Positions 1 to 14,300 of a DNA stretch of 64,000 nt are shown here, piece by piece. The position numbers and the translations under genes are program-made. Source of the stretch: Nemertoderma westbladi (Eukaryota; Animalia; Xenacoelomorpha); the NCBI GenBank assembly GCA_032718475.1, contig JAUCBJ010001693.1:14641-78640 (forward strand), given 5' to 3'. The notes under the pieces are model-generated. The model ran no database searches and had not been told where the DNA came from. It worked only from the letters and a program-made list of their open reading frames with translations. Positions within the stretch are counted from its first letter, which is position 1, and every line of letters begins with the position of its first letter.

Positions 1-311
1 TAAACATTGCGTAGTCTCATGTCCGCCCGTTGTACAGTAATTAGTAAGTCATATCTCTGCGTGGTATTTAAAGCGCAGCACCTGAAATGAACTGTTGGCA
101 TTTCATTAAAAATAAACATAGTTTCTGGAGATTATATAGTAGAGATCAATCGAATAATACAAAGTAGTGTATCCCACTCCCGCTGATAGAATCCAGTCTC
201 CCACACTGTGGGTCATACGCCGCGCTAGACTGGCTTCTACTGTGTTCACATTTAGTATGGACTGTCAGGCATTATAAGACACATAAATTAGCAGGTTAAA
301 CTGCGCGAACA
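1..311 (+). mobile_element. 3' part of a BEL/Pao-type LTR related to, but diverged from, the LTRs at 36679 and 47716
   Basis: Shares ordered blocks AGTCATATCTCTG, GATCAATCGAATAATACA, AGAATCCAGTCTCCC, CTGGCTTCT and GCAGGTTAAACTGC with 37620-37949; ends GCGCGAACA versus GCGCGTACA. Confidence 0.8.
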
Positions 312-2228
312 GATTTCCCACATAAAAAAAAACAGTTTAAATAAAAATATCAACTATAAACAATACGTAGGATTAAGTATAATAGCGAAACGAGAACCGT
401 AGCTTTCCCAAACTTTTAACACGAAGACCAAAAATACTCATAGAGAATACTGTAAACATAATTCATCAAATATTAATTAGTAAAGGAGCTGGTTAAATTA
501 GACGGGCTGTTATTATCAAAAGAGTGAATTTATACTCCTCCTGAGCACCCGTACCTTAGCTACTGTAATTTAAACATAAACATAACTTAAAGAGTATGAA
601 TATTAACGAGCGGTTGGTTTTATTGCGATGTTTGAAATGAAAGAAAAAATGAACTCTTGTTTTGTCCATAATAAACACGAGTGGGGCCTTCGAGCAGCAA
701 AAGCTACAAGCCATCTATCTTAGCGAACAATTATATTTTTACTATGGCTAGTTATATCTTGGCTTCCGACACACACACACACACATACAGACTTTTAGAA
801 AACGGCCATAGTATAATTATAACAGTTTGCTGATGTCTCGCAGTTTTGACTCGCCCCACAATAACTTAATATAGTTAATAAAGTGAAACTAACCCCTTCA
901 TTGTCCGCATTATTCCATCTCATTTGCACATTTCTCCCCGTCAACTCTTGGATATTTTCGTTAATATCTTCAAATCCTTTATTATTCATTACCAATTTAG
1001 TTTATTATTTATTTAGGTATTAATTTACTTTACACAACTGGTAACACTCTTAGACAGGTCACGGACTCACACATTGGGTAAACAGTTTGTATCAGGTCTC
1101 AGGTATTACTGTAGGTATATACTGTAATTAGAGGACTACTGTACCTGAGTTCTTGCCAAAAAATACTTAAACTCCAATACGGATTTATTGTAAAAAGGTT
1201 TATTAAATAATTCTTAAAATTATGATAAGGATTTTCCGTGACAGTGATGAGATGAAAAGCTTCTTTAGAAAAAAATGTCGTACCTCTAATTGTTCAGTAG
1301 GGCCTACCATATCAAGTGGGTTTAAAGTTTGTAAATATATAACTCACTGCTGGGTTTATGCAATTTATGAAAACTTTACTTAATGGATTATAACCTGAAA
1401 ACTTTGGCAAGTTTCCTTCTATAGGTTTATTCCATGACTCATGACATATATTTAATAAATTAATGCGCCCTGCCTACTAAAGGTCATTATCACTTGACTA
1501 ATTTTGTTAGTAGGCCTACTGTAGGGTATACAGTAATTCAGTAACTGGGATTTGAATGCCAGAATTTAATACATTTAATATGAGGAATTTGCAGTAGGGA
1601 GGAGGGCCTGAATCTGACCCTTGTTCACATATTATGCCAGCAGAATATTACATATCACTATACCGGACATACTGGAGTTGCATATGCCCAGATAATATAT
1701 TAAATATTAATCAAGTTAGTGAGTGCAACTCAACTAAATACAAGCGGATTAGAAGAACATTGTAAATTACTGTACTTTGAAACATATATTCTGTTATTCG
1801 GCTATTGTACCTGACATTCGTGAAAAATAAGAATAATATTATTGGTGGAATTTCTCAAATTTTTCCGGTATGAACTGACTCTTAACATCCGCGTAATAAA
1901 TGTTCAATAACATATAGTTTGTTATTATGAAACATATCCTACAACGATATGACAGAATACCAGGAATTTGTACGAGTACTTGGATCGATAGGAATTGGTG
2001 TGGTTTTGATGGCGTAATTGGAGTGGATCCATTACTTAAAATTCAAATTTGAAATATTTAGGTGGTTGCCTGGTAACACAAGCAGCGTACTCATAATCAT
2101 TATTTATTAGGTAATGATTGGTCAGTTAGTAACATTCTCATAGATTTAATTAGGCCTAACTTCATAATTTTGTAAACGAAAGTGTTATTTTGTATAATGA
2201 CATTTTGTAGAATATTACATTTCTGGTA

Positions 2229-2336
2229 ATGGATAATCCGGCGTTTGAGGATAAGAGTCGAAAAGAAAGAAATGGTGCGCATGTAGAGGAGGTGGAATTC
2301 ACATGGAAGGGTAAAGTGGTCAAAGGGAATAATGAG
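2229..2336 (+). CDS. ABCG putative first coding exon (MDNPAFEDK...GNNE)
   Basis: ATG preceded by acceptor TTTTGTAG at 2210 (implies an upstream UTR exon); donor GAG|GTTAGT, phase 0. Confidence 0.6.
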
Positions 2337-5300
2337 GTTAGTACTGTAGTGTCAGTAGTTATTTATATATCATTACATCATTCGGGAATATTAGAATTAG
2401 TTTATCTAAGGCGATGTGTTCCCTGCAGCAGCTACAGCTGATATCAGTGCAATTTAATTTAAGGAGGGCGCTAGAGTTGTAAAATAAATAATGTATCCCA
2501 TAGAGTTGGGCGTTTCCATTCTAACATAATTATAAAGGTAATTAAAAACTGCAATCACCCTTCATTATGTTTTATAGAAGACACCAATGGATCGAACTGG
2601 TGACCTCCGGGTTTGAAGTCTGACGCTCTAACCATTCAGCTAGCGGCTCAGGTAAAAGATAGACCTGGAAATACTATCTGATACCTTGTATGTCCGGAAT
2701 TTACCTCATCATGGCAAACCATCTGTCAATACCATCATATGCTGCCACTGTGCTCAACCCTACCATACTTGGTCGTCTTTAACCACTCGCTACAATGAAA
2801 TGATAGGTATATTAACCATGAACCATCACGGCCACAATGATTAATTAAACACTCTAACTACTAATTTTGGCAGGACAGTTGTTACACCCATGGAGAAATG
2901 CGAGTTGCCCAACAAAAAAAGTTATAATAATATGAAACTTGTAACTGTCCTACCTAAATTAGTAGTTAAAGTGTAAAATTAATCATTGTGGCCGTGATGG
3001 TTCATGGTTAATATACACTACCCTTTCATTGTAGCGAGTGGTTAAAGACGACCAAGTACTGTAGGGTTGAGCACAGTGGCAGCAGGCCATGAGGAAGTAA
3101 ATTGCGGACATACAAGGTGTCAGATAGTATTTCCAGGTCTATCTTTTACCTGAGCCGCTAGCTGAATGGTTAGAGCGTCAGACTTCCAACTCGGAGGTCA
3201 CCAGTTCGATCCCACCCAGGACGTCATTGCCGAATTTGCGAAAGCTGTGCCCAACAAAAAGTTCTAATATCTATTTATGAGATTATGCGGCGTAATATAT
3301 CAATCAATCAATACCACCTTATTATATTAACTCCAGGGATTTTCACACTACAGATCGTAATCTTGTACCCAAGGACAGTAAGATAACGGGCCATATTTAC
3401 TCAACATTGTTGCGTCAAATAAAACCATTACGTTTTAACGTTTACTAACAATAATTAATCGCGACATGAAAGGCATAAGGATACGAGATGTAGTAATAGT
3501 AAAAGAAATAGAAAAAATATAATAGAAAGAGTATCTGTGCATGTGATGCGTCACCAGAGTTCATTGAGTAACACTTTCATCACGTTATGCAATACCTTAT
3601 ACAGTATATATTAGTACATCACGTTGTAAATCTTAGAGCTGTAGCAGTATTGTAAGGAAGAGGGAAGCCTAAAGATCGGCTGGTTACTGACACACCCTTA
3701 ACCTAAACTTGAATATTCACATAGTTGGAATAAAATGAAGCTGATTGGTTGCCAAGTAGGAAGCATTTCTTCAGCAACCTGTTAAATTGGTAGCAACGGG
3801 ATGAATGGTACAGCATAACATTCCATACAAACCAAGGGTGGCAGCTTCCGTTATTTTTTATTTTGTATACTTATTTTTCATGTTTTGGGTTGCGATTGTT
3901 TTATTTATTCTTTTTGTTTCGTACCTTCTGAATTAATTAATACAGTACCAATTTTATGAATGTTCTAATAATTTCTTTCATTAAACTTGTCTTTGATTAA
4001 CTACACTAGAACTAAGATTAGTCAATTTGTGTATGCCTAAATTAAAAGTATGTTCAATAATGAAGCTTAAAAGTGGTAAATACGAAATTACTAATAATAC
4101 GCCTACCGGTACTAATAGACGAATAAATAACCCTACCAACCAGGACCAAGGAGATTCTGCACAAGTGCTGATAGGTCAGCGTCAGGTGAGTTTGTTTATT
4201 CACGTTATACAGCAATGTGTTGTGGGTTGGGGCCAGGGCAAGGCGACCTTTACTACAGTACTAACAGGCCCTGCAGCCCAGACAACTGCAGAATTAGCGT
4301 AGTCCTAAAATTCTGCACTGGCCTAGTAGTAAAGGTCGCCTTGGGCCAGGGCTTAAGGCACCTTGGGCCAAGGCCAGGGTGTGTGTTTGCGTTTGTTACA
4401 ATAATTGAAAATCTGTAATTGTATCATCCAGTAATTTGTACTGGATAAATTGCAGTATTCAGGTATTAGCGACGTAGACAAATGTTCCAGTGGGCAGTTG
4501 TGACCGGTGTCCAGTGATTAAGGTCCGGATCATAGGGAGGGAGCCACCTAGCTGTGGACAAGGTAATTAATTAGGGTCCGGATAATAGGGAGAGACACCC
4601 AGCTGTGGACAAGGTAATTAATTAGGGTCCGGATAATAGGGAGAGACACCCAGCTGTGGACAAGGTAATTAATTAGGGTCCGGATAATAGGGAGAGACAC
4701 CCAGCTGTGGACAAGGTAATTAATTAGGGTCCGGATAATAGGGAGAGACACCCAGCTGTGGACAAGGTAATTAATTAGGGTCCGGATAATAGGGAGAGAC
4801 ACCCAGCTGTGGACAAGGTAATTAATTAGGGTCCGGATCATAGGGAGCCAGCCACCTACTGTAGCTGTGGACAAGGTAATTAATTAGGGTCCGGATAATA
4901 GGGAGCCACCTAGCTGTGGACAAGGTAATTAATTAGGGTCCGGATAATAGGGAGAGACACCCAGCTGTGGACAAGGTAATTAATTAGGGTCCGGATCATA
5001 GGAGCCAGCCACCTACTGTAGCTGTGGACAAGGTAATTAATTAGGGTCCGGATAATAGGGAGCCACCTAGCTGTGGACAAGGTAATTAATTAGGTTCCGG
5101 ATAATAGGGAGCCACCTAGCTGTGGACAAGGTAATTAATTAGGTTCCGGATCATAGGGAGCCAGCCACCTACTGTAGCTGTGGACAAGGTAATTCATTAG
5201 GTTCCGGATCATAGGGAGAGCCACCCACCCAGCTGTGGACAAGGTAATTAATTAGGGTCCGGATAATAGGGAGCCACCTAGCTGTGGACAAGGTAATTAA

Positions 5301-8300
5301 TTAGGGTCCGGATAATAGGGAGCCACCTAGCTGTGGACAAGGTAATTAATTAGGGTCCGGATAATAGGGAGCCACCTAGCTGTGGATAAGGTAATTAATT
5401 AGGGTCCGGATAATAGGGAGCCACCTAGCTGTGGATAAGGTAATTAATTAGGGTCCGGATAATAGGGAGCCACCTAGCTGTTAAATGTTTTATCGTCGAA
5501 CATCTTCCTTATTCTTCTTTATTAATATTATATGGTTTAGTATATTATGTTGCGGAGAGGTTTTTTTCGCTCTTGTGGTGACAATCACAGCAAAAAACCA
5601 ATATTGCAATGTATTTTACAGTCTACCTATTCTCGTATCTTTATTTGCACTCACTCACTACGATCGTTAGTGTAACAAACCACCCGCATCAACACACTGT
5701 AAAATACCACTTTACACAATAACGTGAACGTAAATATTTAACATATTATTTAGATTATTGCTAATGGACCAGATAGGCAACAAGAAGATCACACTAACAG
5801 TAACCAACTTTTTGGAGCCGCATTGAAGGAAACTATCCCAAGTGTAGAATGTGGTGGCTGCGGGCTACCAGATTGTACACCATGTGCTAATAGGTAAGTA
5901 AAGGGTGGTGTGGTACTGACGACCAGATTGTGGGGCGAACCACGAAGTGAGCGAAGCCTTAGCATATAGGTATCATTAACGAGTTTTCTGTCGTGACCTA
6001 ATGTACGTATGTAGTCCGTCAAAAGTTTAGAAAGAATCTGAAGTTTGGTAAAACAAATCAGACTGTCTGTAAGTTGGTACCGGTTTTTGATGAAATTAAA
6101 TCAAACTTGATAAACAAGTGGTCTGTTATGTCAAAGGTTTAGGAAGATTCAGAAGTTTGGTCAAAACTCAATAATCAGACAGTCTGTCTGTCGGTACCGG
6201 CAGTTTCACACTTTTGATAAAAATAATAAGTCGCGTTGGTGACCATGGACATTTGTATTTCCCGTTAATAACATTTATTTCTAGGGGACACTTCCCATTA
6301 ATAACATGTTGTTTTTCAGTGAACAATCAAGAATTGAACGTGGAGTGAATGTGTATTTCAACAACATTACAGTTTCTATGATGGGAAGAAAGGTGTTGAA
6401 TAATGTGTCAGGTCGAGCTTATCCGGGTGAACTATTGGGTGTTATGGGGCCAAGTGGTAAGTATTTGGGTTTTGGGACAAAGTGGAAAGTATTTGCGTTA
6501 TGGGACCAAGTGTATTTGAGTTATGGGACCAAGTGGTAAGTATTTGGGTTATGGGACGAAGCGGTAAGTATTTGAGTTATGGGACCAAGTGGTAAGTATT
6601 TGGGTTATGGGACGAAGTGGTAAGTATTTGAGTTATGGGACCAAGTGGTAAGTATTTGGGTTATGGGACGAAGCGGTAAGTATTTGGGTTATGGGACCAA
6701 GTGGTAAGTATTTGGGTTATGGGACGAAGTGGTAAGTATTTGAGTTATGGGACCAAGTGGTAAGTATTTGGGTTATGGGACGAAGTGGTAAGTATTTGAG
6801 TTATGGGACCAAGTGGTAAGTATTTGGGTTATGGGACGAAGCGGTAAGTATTTGGGTTATGGGACCAAGTGGTAAGTATTTGGGTTATGGGACCAAGTGG
6901 TAAGTATTTGGGTTATGGGACCAAGTAGTGTAGTGGTATATATTTTAGTTATGGGGGGGGGGGGGGGGGGTGATGATTCCAACCAGGCCCGTAGCCAGGA
7001 TTTTTTAGTTGTGTAGGCGATGGAATATCAGGGTAGGCAGGCGCAAATGTTAATTTGGATAAATTTTATAATAATAATAATTAATATTTAATAATAATTC
7101 CAAGTCCAAGGCTCTACCAACTTCGCCACTGCGTTGAAGATAAAATTATCTAAACTAAAGTAAACTATTATAAAACTAAAACCCAACTGGAAATTAACAA
7201 CAAGAACACCATAACACCAACAACGGAGTGAATACTAGAAGTCTTGCTACGTGGACCTAAAAAGGCGGGGGAGAGTTTCAGATAAACCTTTTATTGGTAA
7301 TACACAACACACTCAACAGGTACCTACACCTACAATAGCTACATCATAAGCAGATTCTATTCTAAACAAAATACTGTATATGTACCATTGCCATATTACA
7401 GGATGGGTGCAACCTTTGCCCATAAGGCAGTAAGGCAATATTCGCCCGCGAGCAACCTTCGTCCAATAAGATTGTGTTAGAAACCATTTTAGTTACAAAT
7501 TCAGGGAAAGGAGCAGGTTACAGATACTGCTTTTTCTAACCAAAACAATAAACGATGTTGTTACCAATTTCTAGGAAAGGAGCAGGTTACAGAGACGGCT
7601 TTTCTCACCAAAACAATCAAAGTTTGCTCTGGGCGAAGTTTGGACGAGGGCGAAGTTAGCTGCGTACCTTACAGGACCAGTGTTCGGTGACTGTAAGGGT
7701 GGAGTAGGCCCTACTGTTACTGTACTGTAGTAGTAGTAACAGTGTTGGCCTACGGAAGGTATTATTAAAATGAAAGTAAATCTGAGTGTAATATGTACTG
7801 GTGTTTGATTACTTCAAGGCGAATTTTTAAAGAAGACGCATGGAACCAGAAAATGGTGGGGTGTAAAAATGTAAAATTATTACTAATTAAGTAAAATTTC
7901 TCCCAAAAAATTGGGTAGGCGAGACCCACGTTTGGGTAGGCGGCGCCTACCTTCGCCTTATACTGGCTACGGCACTGATTCCAACCATAAGTATTTCGGT
8001 TATTGGACAGAGTGGTAAGTAATTTTGTCATGGGACCTTTTCAGAAGAATCCTTCACTGCAATAATCCATATTTTACCAACTTCCCTAGGTGCCGGTAAG
8101 ACGACTCTACTCAACATACTTGGAGGTCGACACACAGAAATAGATTCGGGTTACTTTCACATTAATGGGGTTCCTTTAACCAAAAGAATGAGACGAAAAA
8201 TATGCTATGTCCTGCAACATGACGTATTCTTCCCAAATTTAACTTTAAATGATACATTAATGGTAAGATGTGTCTTATTTAATGACGATTCTTAGCGCAT

Positions 8301-11300
8301 AACACGTTACGCAAGGCATAGATTTAGTCTCAAGACACATTAATAAACCGCGACAATGTTTGGTTACCATTGGTTACCATTATCATTATTATTTATTATT
8401 GGTTATCATTATTTTGTTGGTAAAAAGGCATGCTGATTCCTGACAGTGGCCTCCACTTTCTCGCGAATTTTTTAAGCCTGCCCTGAGGTGATTTTTGGTT
8501 CAGAGTAAAACGCGGATCCGGATCAGGATCCGGATTATATCATTTAACATTGTACAAGCAAAGGCAATGTATACGTTAATGTATAATATGTTGCTTGGCG
8601 TGGGTGGCTGAGGCCTTGGCCTTGGTTGGTTAGTTTCCATGGTGATTGTTCTAGAATAATAAATTATTTGCCTTGAGAGAACCAAACCAACCCATCAACA
8701 CAATGTTGAAGCACAGCGTATTGTATCCCAGCCGTCGGGCTGGCGCCTCGTACAACACAATGCAAGCAGCTCAATATTGGTTTTAAATTCTCTTGTTAAT
8801 ATTTTCCAACTCAATAAAAAATATTCACTTGAAATGCACTATAGAGGGGTGGGGAGATGTTGCGGTGCCGCAATAATTAACTTGAATCCACGTTTTACAC
8901 CCCTTCCCGGATCCAGTAACACTCGGTAATTAACATGAATCCGCGTTTTACACCCCTTCCCGGATCCAGTAACACTTGGTAATTAACATGAATCCGCGTT
9001 TTACACCCCTTCCCGGATCCAGTAACACTTGGTAATTAACATGAATCCGCGTTTTACACCCCTTCCCGGATCCAGTAACACTTGGTAATTAACATGAATC
9101 CGCGTTTTACACCCCTTCCCGGATCCAATAAAACTAAGTAATTAATTTGAATCCGTGTTTTACACCCCTCCCCGGATCCAGTAACACTTGGTAATTAACA
9201 TGAATCCGCGTTTTACACCCCTTCCCGGATCCAGTAACACTTGGTAATTAACATGAATCCGCTTTTTACACCCCTTCCCGGATCCAGTAACACTTGGTAC
9301 TGTAATTAACATGAATCCGCTTTTTACACCCCTTCCCGGATCCAGTAACACTTGGTAATTAACATGAATCCGCGTTTTACACCCCTTTCCGGATCCAATA
9401 AAACTAAGTAATTAATTTGAATCCGTGTTTTACACCCCTTCCCGGATCCAGTAACAAACTCTGTATATAATTAACGTAAATTCGGGTTTTACACTCCATT
9501 CCGGATTCACAAAATATATGAATCCGCGTTTTACACTTCAATAAGGATTGCGTATTTCAGAATCCGCATATTACACTCAGTTACGGATTGCATGTAAATC
9601 CGGATCCACCTTTTACACTCGCAAATCCGGGTCCTGATCCGTATCCGGATCCTGAATCAAGATCCTGAATCGGGATCCGCGTTTTACACCTACCCGTGAT
9701 TTTTGTGCAAAAATATAGCTTTTATTTTTGGATTCGGGAGTATAAGCTATAAGGACATTTGTGTAAAATCATGTAAAGGAAATTTACTTAAAGAAAAGTT
9801 ACCAAAGGCAAAAGGGCACTGATGGTGCCACCAACTTTTATCGATCATAATACTATGAGATAGAACTGATAAATAGCTCTCACCAGATACCAAATATATT
9901 AAACTTTGTCGAACCAATAAAGACTTATAAAGTTTTTAGTTAAGAGTACATAAATTAAAACATTAATTTCTCTTTTCATTCCCTCTCTTAGTATACGGCT
10001 CATTTACGTCTATCAGATTCCCTCAAAGTATCTGAGAAAGAAGCGATTGTTAACGGTATCATCGATAGCTTGGATCTGGGTCTCTGTAGAAACACAAGTA
10101 AGTTGTTAACTGTATCATCGATAGCTTGGATCTGGGTCTCTGTAGAAACACAAGTAAGTTGTTAACTGTATCATCGATAGCTTGGATCTGGATCTCTGTA
10201 GAAACACAAGTAAGTTGTTAACTGTATCATCGATAGCTTGGATCTGGGTCTCTGTAGAAACACAAGTAAGTTGTTAACTGTATCATCGATAGCTTGGATC
10301 TGGGTCTCTGTAGAAACACAAGTAAGTTGTTAACTGTATCATCGATAGCTTGGATCTGGGTCTCTGTAGAAACACAAGTAAGTTGTTAACTGTATCATCG
10401 ATAGCTTGGATCTGGATCTCTGTAGAAACACAAGTAAGTTGTTAACTGTATCATCGATAGCTTGGATCTGGGTCTCTGTAGAAACACAAGTAAGTTGTTA
10501 ACTGTATCATCGATAGCTTGGATCTGGGCCTCTGTAGAAACACAAGTAAGTTGTTAACGGTATCATCGATAGCTTGGATCTGGGTCTCTGTAGAAACACA
10601 AGTAAGTTGTTAACTGTATCATCGATAGCTTGGATCTGGGTCTCTGTAGAAACACAAGTAAGTTGTTAACTGTATCATCGATAGCTTGGATCTGGGTCTC
10701 TGTAGAAACACAAGTAAGTTGTTAACTGTATCATCGATAGCTTGGATCTGGGTCTCTGTAGAAACACAAGTAAGTTGTTAACTGTATCATCGATAGCTTG
10801 GATCTGGGTCTCTGTAGAAACACAAGTAAGTTGTTAACTGTATCATCGATAGCTTGGATCTGGGTCTCTGTAGAAACACAAGTAAGTTGTTAACTGTATC
10901 ATCGATAACTTGGATCTGGGTCTCTGTAGAAACACAAGTAAGTTGTTAACTGTATCATCGATAGCTTGGACCTGGGTCTCTGTAGAAACACAAGTAAGTT
11001 GTTAACTGTATCATCGATAGCTTGGATCTGGGTCTCTGTAGAAACACAAGTAAGTTGTTAACTGTATCATCGATAACTTGGATCTGGGTCTCTGTAGAAA
11101 CACAAGTAAGTTGTTAACTGTATCATCGATAGCTTGGATCTGGGTCTTTGTAGAAACACAAGTAAGTTGTTAACTGTATCATCGATAACTTGGATCTGGG
11201 TCTCTGTAGAAACACAAGTAAGTTGTTAACGGTATCATCGATAGCTTGGATCTGGGTCTCTGTAGAAACAAACAAGTAAGTTGTTAACTGTATTATCGAT

Positions 11301-14300
11301 AGCTTGGATCTGGGTCTCTGTAGAAACACAAGTAAGTTGTTAACTGTATCATTGATAGCTTGGATCTGGGTCTCTGTAGAAACACAAGTAAGTTGTTAAC
11401 TGTATCATCGATAACTTGGATCTGGGTCTCTGTAGAAACACAAGTAAGTTGTTAACTGTATCATCGATAGCTTGGGTCTGGGTCTCAGTAGAAACACAAG
11501 TAAGTTGTTAACTGTACCATCGATAGCTTGGATCTGGGCCTCTGTAGAAACACAAGTAAGTTGTTAACTGTATCATCGATAGCTTGGATCTGGGTCTCTG
11601 TAGAAACACAAGTAAGTTGTTAACTGTATCATCGATAGCTTGGATCAATCTGGGCTTCTAAAGAAACACAAGTAAGTTGTTAACTGTATTATCGATAGCT
11701 TGGATATGGGTCTCTGTAGAAACACAAGTAAGTTGTTAACTGTATCATCGATAGCTTGGATCAATCTGGACTTCTAAAGAAACACAAGTAAGTTGTTAAC
11801 TGTATCATCGATAGCTTGGATCTGGGTCTCTGTAGAAACACAAGTAAGTTGTTAACTGTATCATCGATAGCTTGGATCTGGGTCTCTGTAGAAACACAAG
11901 TAAGTTGTTAACTGTATCATCGATAGCTTGGATTTGGGTCTCTGTAGAAACAAACAAGTAAGTTGTTAACTGTATCATCGATAGCTTGGATCTGGGTCTC
12001 TATAGAAACACAAGTAAGTTGTTAACTGTATCATCGATAGCTTGGATCTGGGTCTCTGTAGAAACACAAGTAAGTTGTTAACTGTATCATCGATAGCTTG
12101 GATCTGGGTCTCTATAGAAACACAAGTAAGTTGTTAACTGTATCATCGATAGCTTGGATCTGGGTCTCTATAGAAACACAAGTAAGTTGTTAACTGTATC
12201 ATCGATAGCTTGGATCTGGGTCTCTATAGAAACACAAGTAAGTTGTTAACTGTATCATCGATAGCTTGGATCTGGGTCTCTGTAGAAACACAAGTAAGTT
12301 GTTAACTGTATCATCGATAGCTTGGATCTGGGTCTCTATAGAAACACAAGTAAGTTGTTAACGGTATCATCGATAGCTTGGATCTGGGTCTCTGTAGAAA
12401 CACAAGTAAGTTGTTAACTGTATCATCGATAACTTGGATCTGGGTCTCTGTAGAAACACAAGTAAGTTGTTAACTGTATCATCGATAGCTTGGATCTGGG
12501 TCTCTATAGAAACACAAGTAAGTTGTTAACTGTATCATCGATAGCTTGGATCTGGGTCTCTATAGAAACACAAGTAAGTTGTTAACTGTATCATCGATAG
12601 CTTGGATCTGGGTCTCTGTAGAAACACAAGTAAGTTGTTAACTGTATCATCGATAGCTTGGATCTGGGCCTCTGTAGAAACACAAGTAAGTTGTTAACTG
12701 TATCATCGATAGCTTGGATCTGGGTCTCTATAGAAACACAAGTAAGTTGTTAACTGTATCATTGATAGCTTGGATCTGGGTCTCTGTAGAAACACAAGTA
12801 AGTTGTTAACTGTATCATCGATAGCTTGGATTTGGGTCTCTGTATAAACACAAGTAAGTTGTTAACGGTATCATCGATAGCTTGGATTTGGGCCTCTGTA
12901 GAAACACAAGTAAGTTGTTAACTGTATCATCGATAGCTTGGATCTGGGCCTCTGTAGAAACACAAGTAAGTTGTTAACTGTATCATCGATAGCTTGGATC
13001 TGGGCCTCTGTAGAAACACAAGTAAGTTGTTAACTGTATCATCGATAGCTTGGATCTGGGTCTCTATAGAAACACAAGTAAGTTGTTAACTGTATCATCG
13101 ATAGCTTGGATCTGGGTCTCTGTAGAAACACAAGTAAGTTGTTAACTGTATCATCGATAGCTTGGATCTGGGTCTCTATAGAAACACAAGTAAGTTGTTA
13201 ACTGTATCATCGATAGCTTGGGTCTGGGTCTCTATAGAAACACAAGTAAGTTGTTAACTGTATCATCGATAGCTTGGATCTGGGCCTCTGTAGAAACACA
13301 AGTAAGTTGTTAACTGTATCATCGATAGCTTGGATCTGGGTCTCTGTAGAAACACAAGTAAGTTGTTAACTGTATCATCGATAGCTTGGATCTGGGCCTC
13401 TGTAGAAACACAAGTAAGTTGTTAACTGTATCATCGATAGCTTGGATCTGGGTCTCTGTAGAAACACAAGTAAGTTGTTAACTGTATCATCGATAGCTTG
13501 GATCTGGGTCTCTATAGAAACACAAGTAAGTTGTTAACTGTATCATCGATAGCTTGGATCTGGGTCTCTGTAGAAACACAAGTAAGTTGTTAACTGTATC
13601 ATCGATAGCTTGGATCTGGGCCTCTGTAGAAACACAAGTAAGTTGTTAACTGTATCATCGATAGCTTGGATCTGGGTCTCTGTAGAAACACAAGTAAGTT
13701 GTTAACTGTATCATCGATAGCTTGGATCTGGGTCTCTGTAGAAACACAAGTAAGTTGTTAACTGTATCATCGATAGCTTGGATCTGGGTCTCTGTAGAAA
13801 CACAAGTAAGTTGTTAACTGTATCATCGATAGCTTGGATCTGGGTCTCTGTAGAAACACAAGTAAGTTGTTAACTGTATCATCGATAGCTTGGATCTGGG
13901 TCTCTGTAGAAACACAAGTAAGTTGTTAACTGTATCATCGATAGCTTGGATCTGGGCCTCTGTAGAAACACAAGTAAGTTGTTAACTGTATCATCGATAG
14001 CTTGGATCTGGGTCTCTGTAGAAACACAAGTAAGTTGTTAACTGTATCATCGATAGCTTGGATCTGGGCCTCTGTAGAAACACAAGTAAGTTGTTAACTG
14101 TATCATCGATAGCTTGGATCTGGGCCTCTATAGAAACACAAGTAAGTTGTTAACTGTATCATCGATAGCTTGGATCTGGGTCTCTGTAGAAACACAAGTA
14201 AGTTGTTAACTGTATCATCGATAGCTTGGATCTGGGCCTCTGTAGAAACACAAGTAAGTTGTTAACTGTATCATCGATAGCTTGGATCTGGGTCTCTGTA

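Noticed and set aside
3154-3225. tRNA gene, possibly with a UCA anticodon in the inverted copy at 2589-2647
   Set aside because: No acceptor stem, the anticodon arm differs between copies, and a SINE-like tail follows.
6320-6456. Alternative acceptor TTTTTCAG at 6319 as exon start
   Set aside because: Phase 2 is incompatible with the upstream phase-0 donors; 6285 fits. Not excluded if an exon was missed.
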